A stretch of 35,850 nt of DNA. Origin: a virus. A program made the translations under genes and the position numbers. Where the stretch lies: IMG/VR virus record IMGVR_UViG_3300006153_000061, one strand, 5' to 3'. This document shows positions 20,505-30,994 of the stretch, one piece after another. Below the pieces are notes generated by a model, which saw only the letters and a program-made list of their open reading frames with translations, searched no databases and had not been told where the DNA came from. How positions within the stretch are numbered: the first letter of the stretch is position 1; every line of letters begins with the position of its first letter.

Positions 20505-21092
20505 TTATGCATTTTTTAATACTATTTTTTCTATCTCATAAGTAATTACATCCTGTTTTGTTGCTTTTTTTAGCATAATAGTAATTGTTTGTAAGCAATA
20601 TCCTCGTTCTTCTCTTTTTATTCCATTAGCTTTATTTTCTTCTACCACATTCCAATATACTCTATATGTTGCCCAATCATTTGAACTTGCATCTCCCCTT
20701 CTTTCAAGATCATATGTAGAAATTAAAAGTTTTAGGTCTTCAATAAAACTACTAACGTACTTATGCTCCATATTATTGTTATCATAATATTTAAAATCAT
20801 TTGCCAAATATTTTTTTAGGTTATCTTCTTGTCTTGTTTTTAATGTCTCTATAATTTCATTTATTACAGTAACAGAAGATACTGTTTTGCCTTCTTGAAT
20901 AAGTGTTAATTCATGCTTCGTTTCATTTTCACTCTTAATTGTATCTGAAAGTGAACCTAATACTACAAAAGCAATTATAATGGCAAACACCATCGCTAAA
21001 GCAATACCAAAACCTAATCCTTCATTCTTCTTTTTTTCTTCCATACTATTACCTACTTTGCAACATAATTTCTCTTTAGGTAATAATATCAC
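20505..21092 (-). CDS. Membrane-anchored hypothetical protein; likely start at MEEKKKNEG
   Basis: Single TM near N terminus (FGIALAMVFAIIIAFVVLG). Confidence 0.6.
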   Translation of the reverse strand: MILLPKEKLCCKVGNSMEEKKKNEGLGFGIALAMVFAIIIAFVVLGSLSDTIKSENETKHELTLIQEGKTVSSVTVINEIIETLKTRQEDNLKKYLANDFKYYDNNNMEHKYVSSFIEDLKLLISTYDLERRGDASSNDWATYRVYWNVVEENKANGIKREERGYCLQTITIMLKKATKQDVITYEIEKIVLKNA

Positions 21093-21203
21093 ACTTTTAT
21101 GTAAAACACCATAGTAAAAATTTTGTCTTTTTTTGTCTTTTAATAGATTTATTTGCTTTGTGCTTTAATAATGATATAATTTTATCGAAAGTGAGGTGTT
21201 AAC

Positions 21204-21602
21204 ATGAAACTTAATCATGATTGCATAAGAGATTTATTATTATATTTAGAGGATACTTTAACATTAGGAAATTGCTTGAAAATTAGTTATGCTGCTGAAG
21301 ATAGTTTTTTGCCAAGTCACTCAATTGACGATATACGCTATACAGCTTTAAAGCTGACTGAGGCTGGATATATAGATACAAAATCAATTAATTTTATAGA
21401 TTCTAGAATTCCTGAGATTCGTATATTATCTATAACATATCAAGGTCATCAGTTTTTAGATAATATTCGTGATGATGGCGTTTGGAAAGAAACTAAAAAA
21501 ATCGCATCTCAAGTTTCTTCTGCTTCTATAAAAATATTAAGTGATATAGCTGCTCAAGTCATATCTAATATTATTTCAAAACAAATGGGATTACCTAATT
21601 AA
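21204..21602 (+). CDS. DUF2513-like protein
   Basis: MKLNHDCIRDLLLYLEDTL...AAEDSFLPSHSIDDIRYTALKLTEAGYID...RILSITYQGHQFLDNIRDDGVWKETKK. Confidence 0.75.
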   Translation: MKLNHDCIRDLLLYLEDTLTLGNCLKISYAAEDSFLPSHSIDDIRYTALKLTEAGYIDTKSINFIDSRIPEIRILSITYQGHQFLDNIRDDGVWKETKKIASQVSSASIKILSDIAAQVISNIISKQMGLPN

Positions 21603-22179
21603 AAGTCTTCTGCTGAAACTTCTTCTACTTTTTCTGTATTTTCTGTTTTATTTAAGTCAGCGTATTTTTCTATGATTATAGGGATTTCGTCAGGATAATA
21701 TTCCTCAAGAAATTCCTTTTTACTTATGCCTATTTTTATACATATTGCTATTGTTTTTTGAAGCCAATTAGGGTCGTAGCCTTCTCTATTATTGACTTCA
21801 TTTGGTCGAAAAAACTTTCTAAATCATTCATTTTCCAAAATTCTATTATAATGTCTAATAATTCTTTTGGGGATAACTCATTTCTTAGTTTTTCTTCGCT
21901 TATATCCATTAATTTTGATAAGAACTTAAATGTAAAATCAGGTAATACTACTAATAATCTTGTCATTATTGTTCCTATGTTTTCTACTGAAAGAATTTCT
22001 GATACTTTGAAATTTGGGTTTTCTCCTGACAATTCTTTCATAAAGTCCTGTGGTAAATCTCTTAATGTTTGTATTGCTTCAAAATACTTACCACAAGGCA
22101 TTTTTTTGACTTCTACTCCATACATTTTCTTTACAGTTGGCAAACTTAATGCTTCACTATCTTTAATCTTTTTAAACAT
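21599..22179 (-). CDS. Tail assembly chaperone; short product ends 21748, frameshifted product ends 21599 via -1 slippage at T TTT TTC (21808-21814)
   Basis: 0 frame ...NDLESFFDQMKS...; -1 frame ...LESFFRPNEVNNREGYDPNWLQKTIAICIKIGISKKEFLEEYYPDEIPIIIEKYADLNKTENTEKVEEVSAEDF*. Confidence 0.7.
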
Positions 22180-22229
22180 TATCTTTCTCCTTTTACGAAA
22201 AATAGGAGAGTATTTCTACTCTCCATTCA

Positions 22230-22919
22230 TTATTCTGCTAGTTTAGCTTCTATTGCTGCTATTATCTCGTCTTTTGTGTTGCTATTAGAAACAGTTGTTA
22301 TTTCTAATTCAGTTGCTTTTGCTAATAATTGCTCTTTTGTTAATTTTGATAAGTCTTCAGTATTTGTAATATTTGGTATTGTATCTAGCCATGTCAAGTC
22401 AGCATTTCCTGCTTCTGTATCTTTTATTGAGAATAATCTGTTATCATATGTTCTTGCCATAAACATTCCTTCGATTTCAACCGCTCCATTATTTCCATTA
22501 CCTTTTGTTTCTAGATCCATTTTTATTTTTGTTACTAAACATCTAAATTGCCTAAACATTCTGTAAGTTCCATCTGCTAACAAACCTCTATATGAGCAAG
22601 CAAACTCTGGTGCATTGTCTGTAGTAGCAAAATTGTATTCTTTTGTTTGGGCATCATATGTACCACCTTCTAACATTGCTCTAAGGTCATTTGGTAATTC
22701 TTTTAATGTTAATGTGAATTTTTCTCCATTGACTGTTTTGTCAACGTCCCATACTTCATCATCAGCATATATGTTTTCTTCAGAACTATCAATTTCTTTT
22801 GACAATTTTTGTGCAGAAGGTATTAAAATACCAGCTCCAACTGTATATTTTTCTAGTGTATTTTCTACGATTGGAAAATACATAAACCTACTAAAACCTT
22901 TTAAATATTTTTTTGACAT
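22230..22919 (-). CDS. Major tail protein
   Basis: LIPSAQKLSKEIDSSEENIYADDEVWD...EIEGMFMARTYDNRLFS; position. Confidence 0.8.
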   Translation of the reverse strand: MSKKYLKGFSRFMYFPIVENTLEKYTVGAGILIPSAQKLSKEIDSSEENIYADDEVWDVDKTVNGEKFTLTLKELPNDLRAMLEGGTYDAQTKEYNFATTDNAPEFACSYRGLLADGTYRMFRQFRCLVTKIKMDLETKGNGNNGAVEIEGMFMARTYDNRLFSIKDTEAGNADLTWLDTIPNITNTEDLSKLTKEQLLAKATELEITTVSNSNTKDEIIAAIEAKLAE

Positions 22920-22946
22920 TATAATTCCTCCTTAAAAAAGAAGAGG

Positions 22947-23312
22947 TTAATTCTCTTCTAAAAATTCTATTTTTTCAAAACGCATTGTTTTGTGTTTTAT
23001 TTTACTGTTTAAATCGGAAACATCTAAAAAAAGTGTCCTTTCATAGCCCAATTCTTTCATTTTTTCAACTACTTGAATTGCTAATTTAGACACTTGACTA
23101 GATGATTTTCCCCACGCATCAGCTTTAATTGCTAAAGCACTTGAATATTCTTCGTCATCTCCATATGAAGATGGCTCATTTTGTAACTCCATATAAGTTA
23201 CACATGGCAATTTTGACCAATCTTGATTGCCTTCTTCGCATACTTGCTTTGCTTTCTTTTCTGTTTCTAGCTCTAATAGTTTTTGATACACTGTTGGTTT
23301 TTGATTAATCAT
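22947..23312 (-). CDS. Tail terminator/neck-region protein
   Basis: Position in head-tail joining cluster. Confidence 0.55.
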   Translation of the reverse strand: MINQKPTVYQKLLELETEKKAKQVCEEGNQDWSKLPCVTYMELQNEPSSYGDDEEYSSALAIKADAWGKSSSQVSKLAIQVVEKMKELGYERTLFLDVSDLNSKIKHKTMRFEKIEFLEEN

Positions 23313-23770
23313 TATTTACCACTTCCTAACTTTCTAATATCTTGCTCTATTGATTTAATTACTTCTTGTTCTACTTCTCCTGTATTCTTAGCATGTAAAT
23401 ATGCTGGTGTCATAAATGGTTGCGCTGCCATACCTTTCCAGTCAGCCTTATATGCTATCCCATCAGGTCTTTCTATATTGCTTTCTGCACCACGTTGTCC
23501 TGTTCCAAACTCGTTATAAACAGCATGTTCACAGTTCGTATATACTTTGCAATTTACTTCGTCTCCGTTTATTTCTCCTGTTTCTTTAATAGAATTTCTT
23601 AATTCCCCAGTTTCTCCAGTTGGAGCTAAATATTTTGCATTTTTTTGAACTTTCTTCATACCTCGTCTACCACCTTTTAGGCAAGACTGCTCAATATCTC
23701 CACCTAATCCGGATAAATTTGCAAGTAATTCATCTAATCCTTCTATTTTAGACATTTTCATCACTTCCAT
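23312..23770 (-). CDS. HK97 gp10-like protein
   Basis: VQKNAKYLAPTGETGELRNSI...PAYLHAKNTGEVEQEV. Confidence 0.8.
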   Translation of the reverse strand: MEVMKMSKIEGLDELLANLSGLGGDIEQSCLKGGRRGMKKVQKNAKYLAPTGETGELRNSIKETGEINGDEVNCKVYTNCEHAVYNEFGTGQRGAESNIERPDGIAYKADWKGMAAQPFMTPAYLHAKNTGEVEQEVIKSIEQDIRKLGSGK

Positions 23771-24107
23771 TTATAAGTAAAGTAGTATGACTATCTGATA
23801 CAATAATACTTTTAATAGTGTAATCATTATCATTATAGACAAGTATATTGCCAATTTTAGTTATTGTTTTATCACATGTTACTATTGCATTAGCTTCTAT
23901 TTCTTTGCCATATTCTTGCTGAATATACTCTCTAGTCTTAAATTGGAAATTTCCTTTAAACTCGTCTATTTTTTCTTGCTTACCTTCTTTAATTACAGAA
24001 CCTTCATTGTCTTTTATTGTTCCTTCTGTCCATATTTCTATATCTTTATCATAGAAAGTATTAGCTATTATTTGTTTAAATTCGTCTGGTGTTTCCATAA
24101 CTACCAC
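23748..24107 (-). CDS. Head-tail joining protein
   Basis: Size, position, fold-like pattern. Confidence 0.55.
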   Translation of the reverse strand: MVVMETPDEFKQIIANTFYDKDIEIWTEGTIKDNEGSVIKEGKQEKIDEFKGNFQFKTREYIQQEYGKEIEANAIVTCDKTITKIGNILVYNDNDYTIKSIIVSDSHTTLLINGSDENV

Positions 24108-24454
24108 CTTATCTTTCTATAAGCTACTAACGTATCTATATTTCTATCAAGAAATTGTTCGGCATTTTTAGATACTTCACTTGCACCACCTACAATCTGA
24201 AATTGAACTGTTTGCCCATTATCAGAAGCACTCGAAACCTGTTTTTTACCTTCTAGAATCCCACTTTCGTTTAGTTTATACTGTTCAAGCAAAAACTCTT
24301 GTATAAGCGAATTTAGTCGTTCTGGAATAGTTTCTATATGACATCTATCTAATATCTTGTCTGTTATATTTCTTTCACAGAACATCAAGTAATTATCTAA
24401 TTTGTTATCTTGTATAGTTAGTATTTCTTTTACTTTATTTACATTATCTGACAT
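24101..24454 (-). CDS. Head-tail connector
   Basis: VKEILTIQDNKLDNYLMFCERNITDKILDRC; position. Confidence 0.6.
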   Translation of the reverse strand: MSDNVNKVKEILTIQDNKLDNYLMFCERNITDKILDRCHIETIPERLNSLIQEFLLEQYKLNESGILEGKKQVSSASDNGQTVQFQIVGGASEVSKNAEQFLDRNIDTLVAYRKIRW

Positions 24455-24620
24455 AGTTAATACCTCAAAAGAAGCTAACTATTTGTCAGCTTCTTCTTTC
24501 TTTTTAGTATTTTTCTTTTCTTCCTTATTATAAGGCATATATCCTCTGTCTTTATAAATAGTTTCGTAAGTCTTTGTGGTAGCATTTATAATATGTTTTT
24601 CTTTAATATATTGATTCATA

Positions 24621-25505
24621 TTAGGCACCTGCCTTTGGAACTACTGCACAAAAAGCTTCATCTTTAATTGGTAAATACGCCAATCTCATTGTTGCTTTAA
24701 TACCAATTAGGTCTTGCTCAGCTAATGATATTGGTTTTCCGTCTTCATCTGTTGTTCCTTCTAAAGTAGCTTCTTTTAAGATTTCATATTCTAAGCTATC
24801 TCTAATACCTACTAGAGATTTATCCCAATCAGCTCCGATTAGTTCTGCTTTTGTTTTATCCCAGGCACCATTTCTTGAAAACTCAATAGGTTGTGAATAA
24901 AATTCTTTACCATTTACTCCATCAGCAAATAGTTGGTTTCCATTCCCATCTCTTAATTTTCTTAAAGAATTTTTAATACCTACTCTTCCTACAAAACCAT
25001 TTACATCATATCCATCTTCTTCTACTGTTGCCATAGCATCAGAAACATCTAAATCTAATGTTGCATTTGTTTCAATTTCAATTTTATTTCCACTTGTTTC
25101 TACGCAATTCATTACATTTTTTTCAAATGGTGTGTTTGTTCCAAATAAACATGCTGCATCTATTGCTTTATAAAATGCTTCTGCTATACTTTCTTTTAAT
25201 TCATTAAATACATCTATTGTTGTATCTTTTAATTTTTCCTTTGTTACTGGTATAATTACAGCTAATTTTTTAGCTTTTAATTCTGGATAAATCCAACCTG
25301 CTTTAGTTGTTTTAATTCTCTCTCCTTCTCCTACCCAGTAAGCTCCTGCTCCTTCTGTCATAACTGGTATTTTTTTAGTATCGCTTTCCATTTGCGATAC
25401 TTTTGAAAGTCTTAATATTGTAGACCCTCTTGCTACATCTTTCATAATTTCTGTTGCTTGTTCTACAGGTACAAATCCTGTTAATTCATCTTTTAAATAA
25501 CCCAT
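24621..25505 (-). CDS. Phage major capsid protein (HK97 fold)
   Basis: FVPVEQATEIMKDVARGSTILRLSKVSQM...VMTEGAGAYWVGEGERIKTTKAG. Confidence 0.9.
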   Translation of the reverse strand: MGYLKDELTGFVPVEQATEIMKDVARGSTILRLSKVSQMESDTKKIPVMTEGAGAYWVGEGERIKTTKAGWIYPELKAKKLAVIIPVTKEKLKDTTIDVFNELKESIAEAFYKAIDAACLFGTNTPFEKNVMNCVETSGNKIEIETNATLDLDVSDAMATVEEDGYDVNGFVGRVGIKNSLRKLRDGNGNQLFADGVNGKEFYSQPIEFSRNGAWDKTKAELIGADWDKSLVGIRDSLEYEILKEATLEGTTDEDGKPISLAEQDLIGIKATMRLAYLPIKDEAFCAVVPKAGA

Positions 25506-25555
25506 TTTACATTCCTCCTTCTTTTTTGGGTAAAATAAAAAGACGTTGTAACGTC

Positions 25556-26179
25556 TTAAATTTTTCTTGCTTGATTTTCTTTAATTATTCCAACAAAATC
25601 TGTTGCTCCAGTATTATTGTTTGGTTTTCCACTATCTGGAGTATAGTGGTATGGTTGCTGTCCATTTTGTTCAGCTTCTCCAAATAAATCTTTGTAAGTT
25701 TCCTTATTGAATTTCATTTGGTCTTCAATTCCAGACACTACTTTTTCACCTTTTTCATCTAATACGATTTTAGATAAATCAAACTTTCCAAGCAATAATT
25801 CTGGATGTTTTGCTTTTTCGTTGTATAATGCGTCCTTAATAGCACTTTCTTTTATCAGCTTTTCAGTTGTTTCTTTATGTGCTTTTTCAAGATTAGCTTT
25901 TTCGGTTTCGTAATTTGCTATCTTGTCTTGTAGTTCTGCATTATCTCCGTTGTTTTTCTTTAAATCTGCTATTGTTGTGTTTGCAGTATTTAAAGATGTT
26001 TTTGTATTGTCTAAGTCTGTTTGTAATTGGTCATATTTTGCTTTCGCAACAAACTCTCCATTGTTTACATTAACAATACTTACTTTTTTGTCCTTATCGG
26101 CTTTCTCGTTATAAGAACTTACTTTTCCTTTAACTTGATTATACAAGTCTGTTCCTAAAATTTCTTCTAAAAACTCCAT
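25556..26179 (-). CDS. Phage scaffolding protein
   Basis: Central coiled coil upstream of capsid. Confidence 0.75.
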   Translation of the reverse strand: MEFLEEILGTDLYNQVKGKVSSYNEKADKDKKVSIVNVNNGEFVAKAKYDQLQTDLDNTKTSLNTANTTIADLKKNNGDNAELQDKIANYETEKANLEKAHKETTEKLIKESAIKDALYNEKAKHPELLLGKFDLSKIVLDEKGEKVVSGIEDQMKFNKETYKDLFGEAEQNGQQPYHYTPDSGKPNNNTGATDFVGIIKENQARKI

Positions 26180-26364
26180 TTTGGTATTTCTCCTTTTCTG
26201 TTGCTATTTCTGCAACTACATAGATTTACCTTTTCAGGTATAAAAATAAGACACATTTCTGTGTCTTTGCTTGAAATAGGCTGTAAACGCTCCAATGTTT
26301 CATTTGACTTCCTCAGCTAATAATAGAAGCACCTATCAATTTATAATTTTAAAATATTAATAAC

Positions 26365-26559
26365 TTAATCATCATAATCTGGATGTTCATCCCAGAAACT
26401 TGTATCGTATTCTGTTTTAGTCCTAATACACTTATTTATTTCATCTATTAATTCTTGTTTTGTTCCTTCAAATTGGGCTAAAGGAAAACCTTCTGGAAAT
26501 ATTCTTTCATATTCATCTAGTTTTTGTTCAACCTCATCATCTAATACATCTTCATACAT
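26365..26559 (-). CDS. Small acidic hypothetical protein
   Basis: 64 aa ORF in head operon. Confidence 0.5.
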   Translation of the reverse strand: MYEDVLDDEVEQKLDEYERIFPEGFPLAQFEGTKQELIDEINKCIRTKTEYDTSFWDEHPDYDD

Positions 26560-28203
26560 TATAGCAACCTCCTAATAATATTACCAAATTCTTTAAATGT
26601 ATTTGGAAAATATCTTTCAAATATTTTTAATTGTTTTATATCATTTTTTCCTGCCATTGTAAACATTTGAGCAAATATTTCTTTTTCTAATTTATTAGGC
26701 TTATTCCAATATCTTGTTTTATGATAATATCTTCCACGTATTTTATTTTTTGTCATTCCACTTATTATATCACTAAGTTCTTTATAGCTCTTATTTTCTT
26801 GAATTAATGTTTTGTATATATCTTTGTTTGTTAATACATATTCTTTGTCTGTATTAATTGCCTTCATAAAGTTTTTATTAGAAGATAGCCACTTGTTATT
26901 ATAATCTACCACATGTCCTATTTCATGAATAATTGTTCTGTTGGTATAATCCTCTTTTAATACAATATTTCCTCTTCTATGATATGCTTTATTTCCACCT
27001 GCTTTTATTGATTTTATATTTGCATTTAATGCAATATTCTTTATTTTCTCATTCTTAAATGTTTCTTCTATAATTTTTTCTCTTTGAGTTGTAATATCCT
27101 TTAATTTCGTATTTTTATTAAATAAATCATTTAATATTCCTTCTTCTTTGTCTACATATTTGTTATACCACTCTTGATAAGTCATATCTTGTGGAACTAA
27201 TATATATTTCCCATTTTCGTCTTTAGCCCTTCTTTGTAAGCCTTCCATTGTATCATCATCAAACTCTGCTACTGTTGTGCAGCGACAAAAACTGTGTAAA
27301 GGTGGCAAGTTCTTTCCGTGGCTTTTTATCTTTTATGCGAAATACTTGGTTGTCTAACTCTCCACAATGTTCACATACTACTTTATCTAATGTTGCTATA
27401 AATCTATATTTGTCAATGTCTAATTCTTCATAACTTAACATTTCTGCTTCGTTTGCAAAGTGTGCTGCCTCTGTCCTAACAAGCCTTGTTGCATTAAACA
27501 AACCGACATTCATATATTCTGATAATTCTTTGCTTATTTTAGCTATTGATTTACCTGACATAGTGTCTGGCGTTAATTGAGTTTTTAAATAATTGCCTAG
27601 TTTTTCGCTATTATTCCATATTCTTTTTGAATAGTTTGATGCGCCACTTATTGGATTAGGTGTCCAATTTTCATTAAGCATCAAATTTATTGTTCTATTA
27701 TCTATTTGTGCAAAGCTAAATCCTAACCCTATACTTTTTTGAATACCATATATATTGTGATAATAACCTTCTCTTATTGTATCTACATATCGTATTTTCG
27801 TTATGTCTTGCTCTATATTTGCTAATTTCTTTAATTCTACATTTATATTATCTTGTAATGCTTGATAACGACTAATCCTATATGAATAAGCAGGCGCATT
27901 ATATTTTGCAAGCAATTTCTTTTTAATGCTATTATCTGTTATATTATTGTTTATTACTTGTAATAGATTCTTGTAATATTGGTCTGTTTCTTTTTTATTT
28001 AATAATTCTAATAATGTTTTCTTGTCTAAGCCTGTATCTTTTGCAAAGTTTTTAAATATGTTCGATATTTCTTTATTTATGTTTTTTGTTGCTTGTTCAT
28101 AAGTTTGAATTAAGCTATTTATTGTATTTTCTGTACCTTTTTCTAGTCTTTTCATTAATTCAGTAGAACGTTTTTCCCAATAGTTATTTGGTTTTCTTGC
28201 CAT
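26559..28203 (-). CDS. Minor head protein with C-terminal HEIGH metallopeptidase-like domain, +1 shift at CGG 27316-27318
   Basis: ...VCEHCGELDNQVFRIKDKKP[G]KNLPPLHSFCRCTTVAEFDDDT...NRTIIHEIGHVVD.... Confidence 0.88.
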
Positions 28204-28217
28204 AAAAATAACACCTC

Positions 28218-29597
28218 CTACTCGGTGTTATCATTTTTATTATGTCTATCATCAAATCCACCTGCATTTGCAAATAATTCTTGTTGCCTTTTTTGTGTTT
28301 CTTCTTTTTGTGCTTTTAGCTTTTTCAATTCTTCTTCTGGATTTTCTACCCAAGGGTGATTTTTTACTATTGTTTCGTCTGATATTGTTTCATTAGACTT
28401 GCTTTCATTTGCTATTTGTGCATTTTCTAAATCATTACTTATCATATTTCTAGTCCATGTTTGAGTAATTGCCTTTGTTTTCCAGTCTGATATATTTAAG
28501 AACTTCATTATTGCTCTTATCAGCTTATTAAATCCTTTTTCGAATTCAATCTGTGTTAGCCCTGCCTTTAGTTCTAATTTTCTATAAAAGAATTTTAAAG
28601 CTACACCACTTGCATTTCCAAAGTTCTCCGTATCTTGTTGCAATGCCTGTCCACTTTCATATATTTGCTTTTTAAGTATTTCTAATATACTGTTTCTTGC
28701 CTCAACAGGTATTTCTATAGATAATGTCTTTAGTCCTCCATTCGTTCTTCCATCTGCTCCAGTTTCTATTTTTACTGTCTTATACCTTTTTAATTCCCCA
28801 AGAAATTCTTTTAAATCTTCTCCGCCATAATTTTCAAGTATATATATAAGCTGTTGTATATCTTCTAAATCATTTGCATATCCTGACATTACTTTATCAT
28901 ATATATCTATTAAATCTTTATATTTCTTTAAGTCACTTATCATATTTCTGTTATTTTTAAATTCTATAAATGGTACATCTTCTAATTCGTGTATAAATTC
29001 TTCGTATGCTTCTGGTATATATGTAAGTCCTGTACCGCTTAAATTGCCTTTAAATTTATATTTTTCGCAATGTTTGCTATCCCAAAATTCAAATATTACA
29101 TATGATTTAGTATTATATCTTTCATCTTCTTCGACTACTTCGTAATATCTATAAAAACCTATTAACTTTTTCTTTAACTTTCCATCAAATTGCGGTAAGC
29201 ATTGTTCTGTTTCTACTGTCGCATATTGAAATTCATTATCTTCTATCCAATAATGTAGCCAACCTACTTTGTTATTCGTAGCATTAGTACACAGATAAGC
29301 ACTCTCACTTTTAAAATCGTCTCCTAATGTTTCTGTTATTTGTTTGTTTGTCTCTTTATCTCCTGCATCAAACAAAACTGGATTAGTAAACATGTATGCT
29401 ACTTTTTCATCTGTTATTAACTGATGAAAATTATGCGATACCCTATTATCTGCATTTCTTAATGGATCAGTATCTGCTGGCAATATTCCTGTAGTTTTAA
29501 TTATATTATCATTTTCGTAGTATTTCTTTTCTATTGCTATTTGTCTTCTTCTTTCATAATCTTGAATTATTATTCTTTTTATTTTGTTTATATCCAT
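28218..29597 (-). CDS. Phage portal protein (SPP1 gp6-like)
   Basis: GFYRYYEVVEEDERYNTKSYVIFEFWD...DKVMSGYANDLEDIQQLIYILENYGGEDLKEFL...SGVALKFFYRKLELKAG. Confidence 0.92.
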   Translation of the reverse strand: MDINKIKRIIIQDYERRRQIAIEKKYYENDNIIKTTGILPADTDPLRNADNRVSHNFHQLITDEKVAYMFTNPVLFDAGDKETNKQITETLGDDFKSESAYLCTNATNNKVGWLHYWIEDNEFQYATVETEQCLPQFDGKLKKKLIGFYRYYEVVEEDERYNTKSYVIFEFWDSKHCEKYKFKGNLSGTGLTYIPEAYEEFIHELEDVPFIEFKNNRNMISDLKKYKDLIDIYDKVMSGYANDLEDIQQLIYILENYGGEDLKEFLGELKRYKTVKIETGADGRTNGGLKTLSIEIPVEARNSILEILKKQIYESGQALQQDTENFGNASGVALKFFYRKLELKAGLTQIEFEKGFNKLIRAIMKFLNISDWKTKAITQTWTRNMISNDLENAQIANESKSNETISDETIVKNHPWVENPEEELKKLKAQKEETQKRQQELFANAGGFDDRHNKNDNTE

Positions 29598-29607
29598 GTT
29601 TACACCT

Positions 29608-30984
29608 CTATTTCAATATTGACAATCCGCCTTGCTTTGGTTCATATAAAGAAAGAACTAATGCATCTCCGTCTATCCGGAGAAGTTAGTCCTCGTTTTT
29701 TCATTTCTTCTTTTCTTTCTAGCTCTATTTTACCGTCTGAATTTATTTTGTATCTTCTATTACTTAATTGTGTAATTTGCTTATCATCATATATAAGTTC
29801 TATTTCATTACGTTTTAATTTTTCTCTTAATAACCCCCACATTAAGCCTGTACTATTACTAAATTCAACTGGCTCTTCTTTTTTGTTTTTTCCTCCTGCT
29901 CCACCAAAATGGCATTCATATAATTTTACAGTTACCCAACCTTTTTGTTGTTTTATTTCTTTCAATCTATCATAAACTCCAACACCTAATCCGTCACAGT
30001 CTATTTTTATATGTATTGGTATTCCTATATATTTTGCTCTTAATTGTTCTACTATTTGCACTATTCTTCCTGTTACTTGCATTGTGTCGTTATGATGTAA
30101 TACATTTAATGGTTGTTGATATGTTTTATCAAATAAAATATTGATTATTGTTTCGTCATCTCCATATCTAGCAACGTCAACTCCTATATCTATTCTTAAT
30201 GCAGGGTAATTCCTTGTAAGTATTTTTTTACTACAATTTTCTACCCAATCTAACTGAATGAAACTATCTGGCATTGCCTTTGGAAATTCTCCAGCAACTC
30301 TAACTCTATATACATCACTATCTTGTCCATACATATTTATTATCATTTGTATATATTCTTTAGATACTCTTTTTGAGTTTTCTCCAGATACTTTAAATGT
30401 TTTATATATGCTTCTATTTTTATTATGGCTATCAAAAAAGAAACCACTTAATTGAGTTGGGTTTCCACACATAATAAGTTTAGCATCTTGCGTTGATAAA
30501 GAGCCGTAATACTGGTTCAAATACAACATCTTTTACTCCGTGATGCTTCATCTATAATATATAATAAATGTTCTGCATGAAATCCTTGTAATGCATCTGG
30601 TTGCGTTGCTGTTCTTGGTACTGCAAACCAATTTTCTGGATTAGACTTCATGTATAGCTTTTCTTGTGTCCACTCTATTTCTGTCCTTAATGTTGGATTT
30701 AACCACTTAGCAACTTCTGCCCACAATATATCATGTAATTGGTGTTTAGTTGGAGCTGTGCAAGGTATTTTTGGAAATGGTCTTGTACACATAAACCAAA
30801 AAATAAGCCAACTTTCTAATGCCGACTTTCCTATTCCATGACCAGAGCGTACACTTGTTAGTTGATTTTGTGCAACACTTTCTAAAATTTCTCCTTGTAT
30901 ATCATCTGGTGTTGCTTTTATTATATCTTTTACAAATTCTACTGGTCTATCTTTATAATATAATATTGCTTCTGTTGATAACAT
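29608..30984 (-). CDS. terL: Terminase large subunit, three +1 shifts at CGG 30538-30540, 30504-30506, 29669-29671
   Basis: TSVRSGHGIGKSALESW (Walker A), LLYIIDEAS[G]VKDVVFEPVL[G]SLSTQDAKLIMCGNPTQ...GLTSPDR[G]DALVLSLYEPKQGGLSILK*. Confidence 0.93.
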
Positions 30985-30994
30985 TACTTATCTC

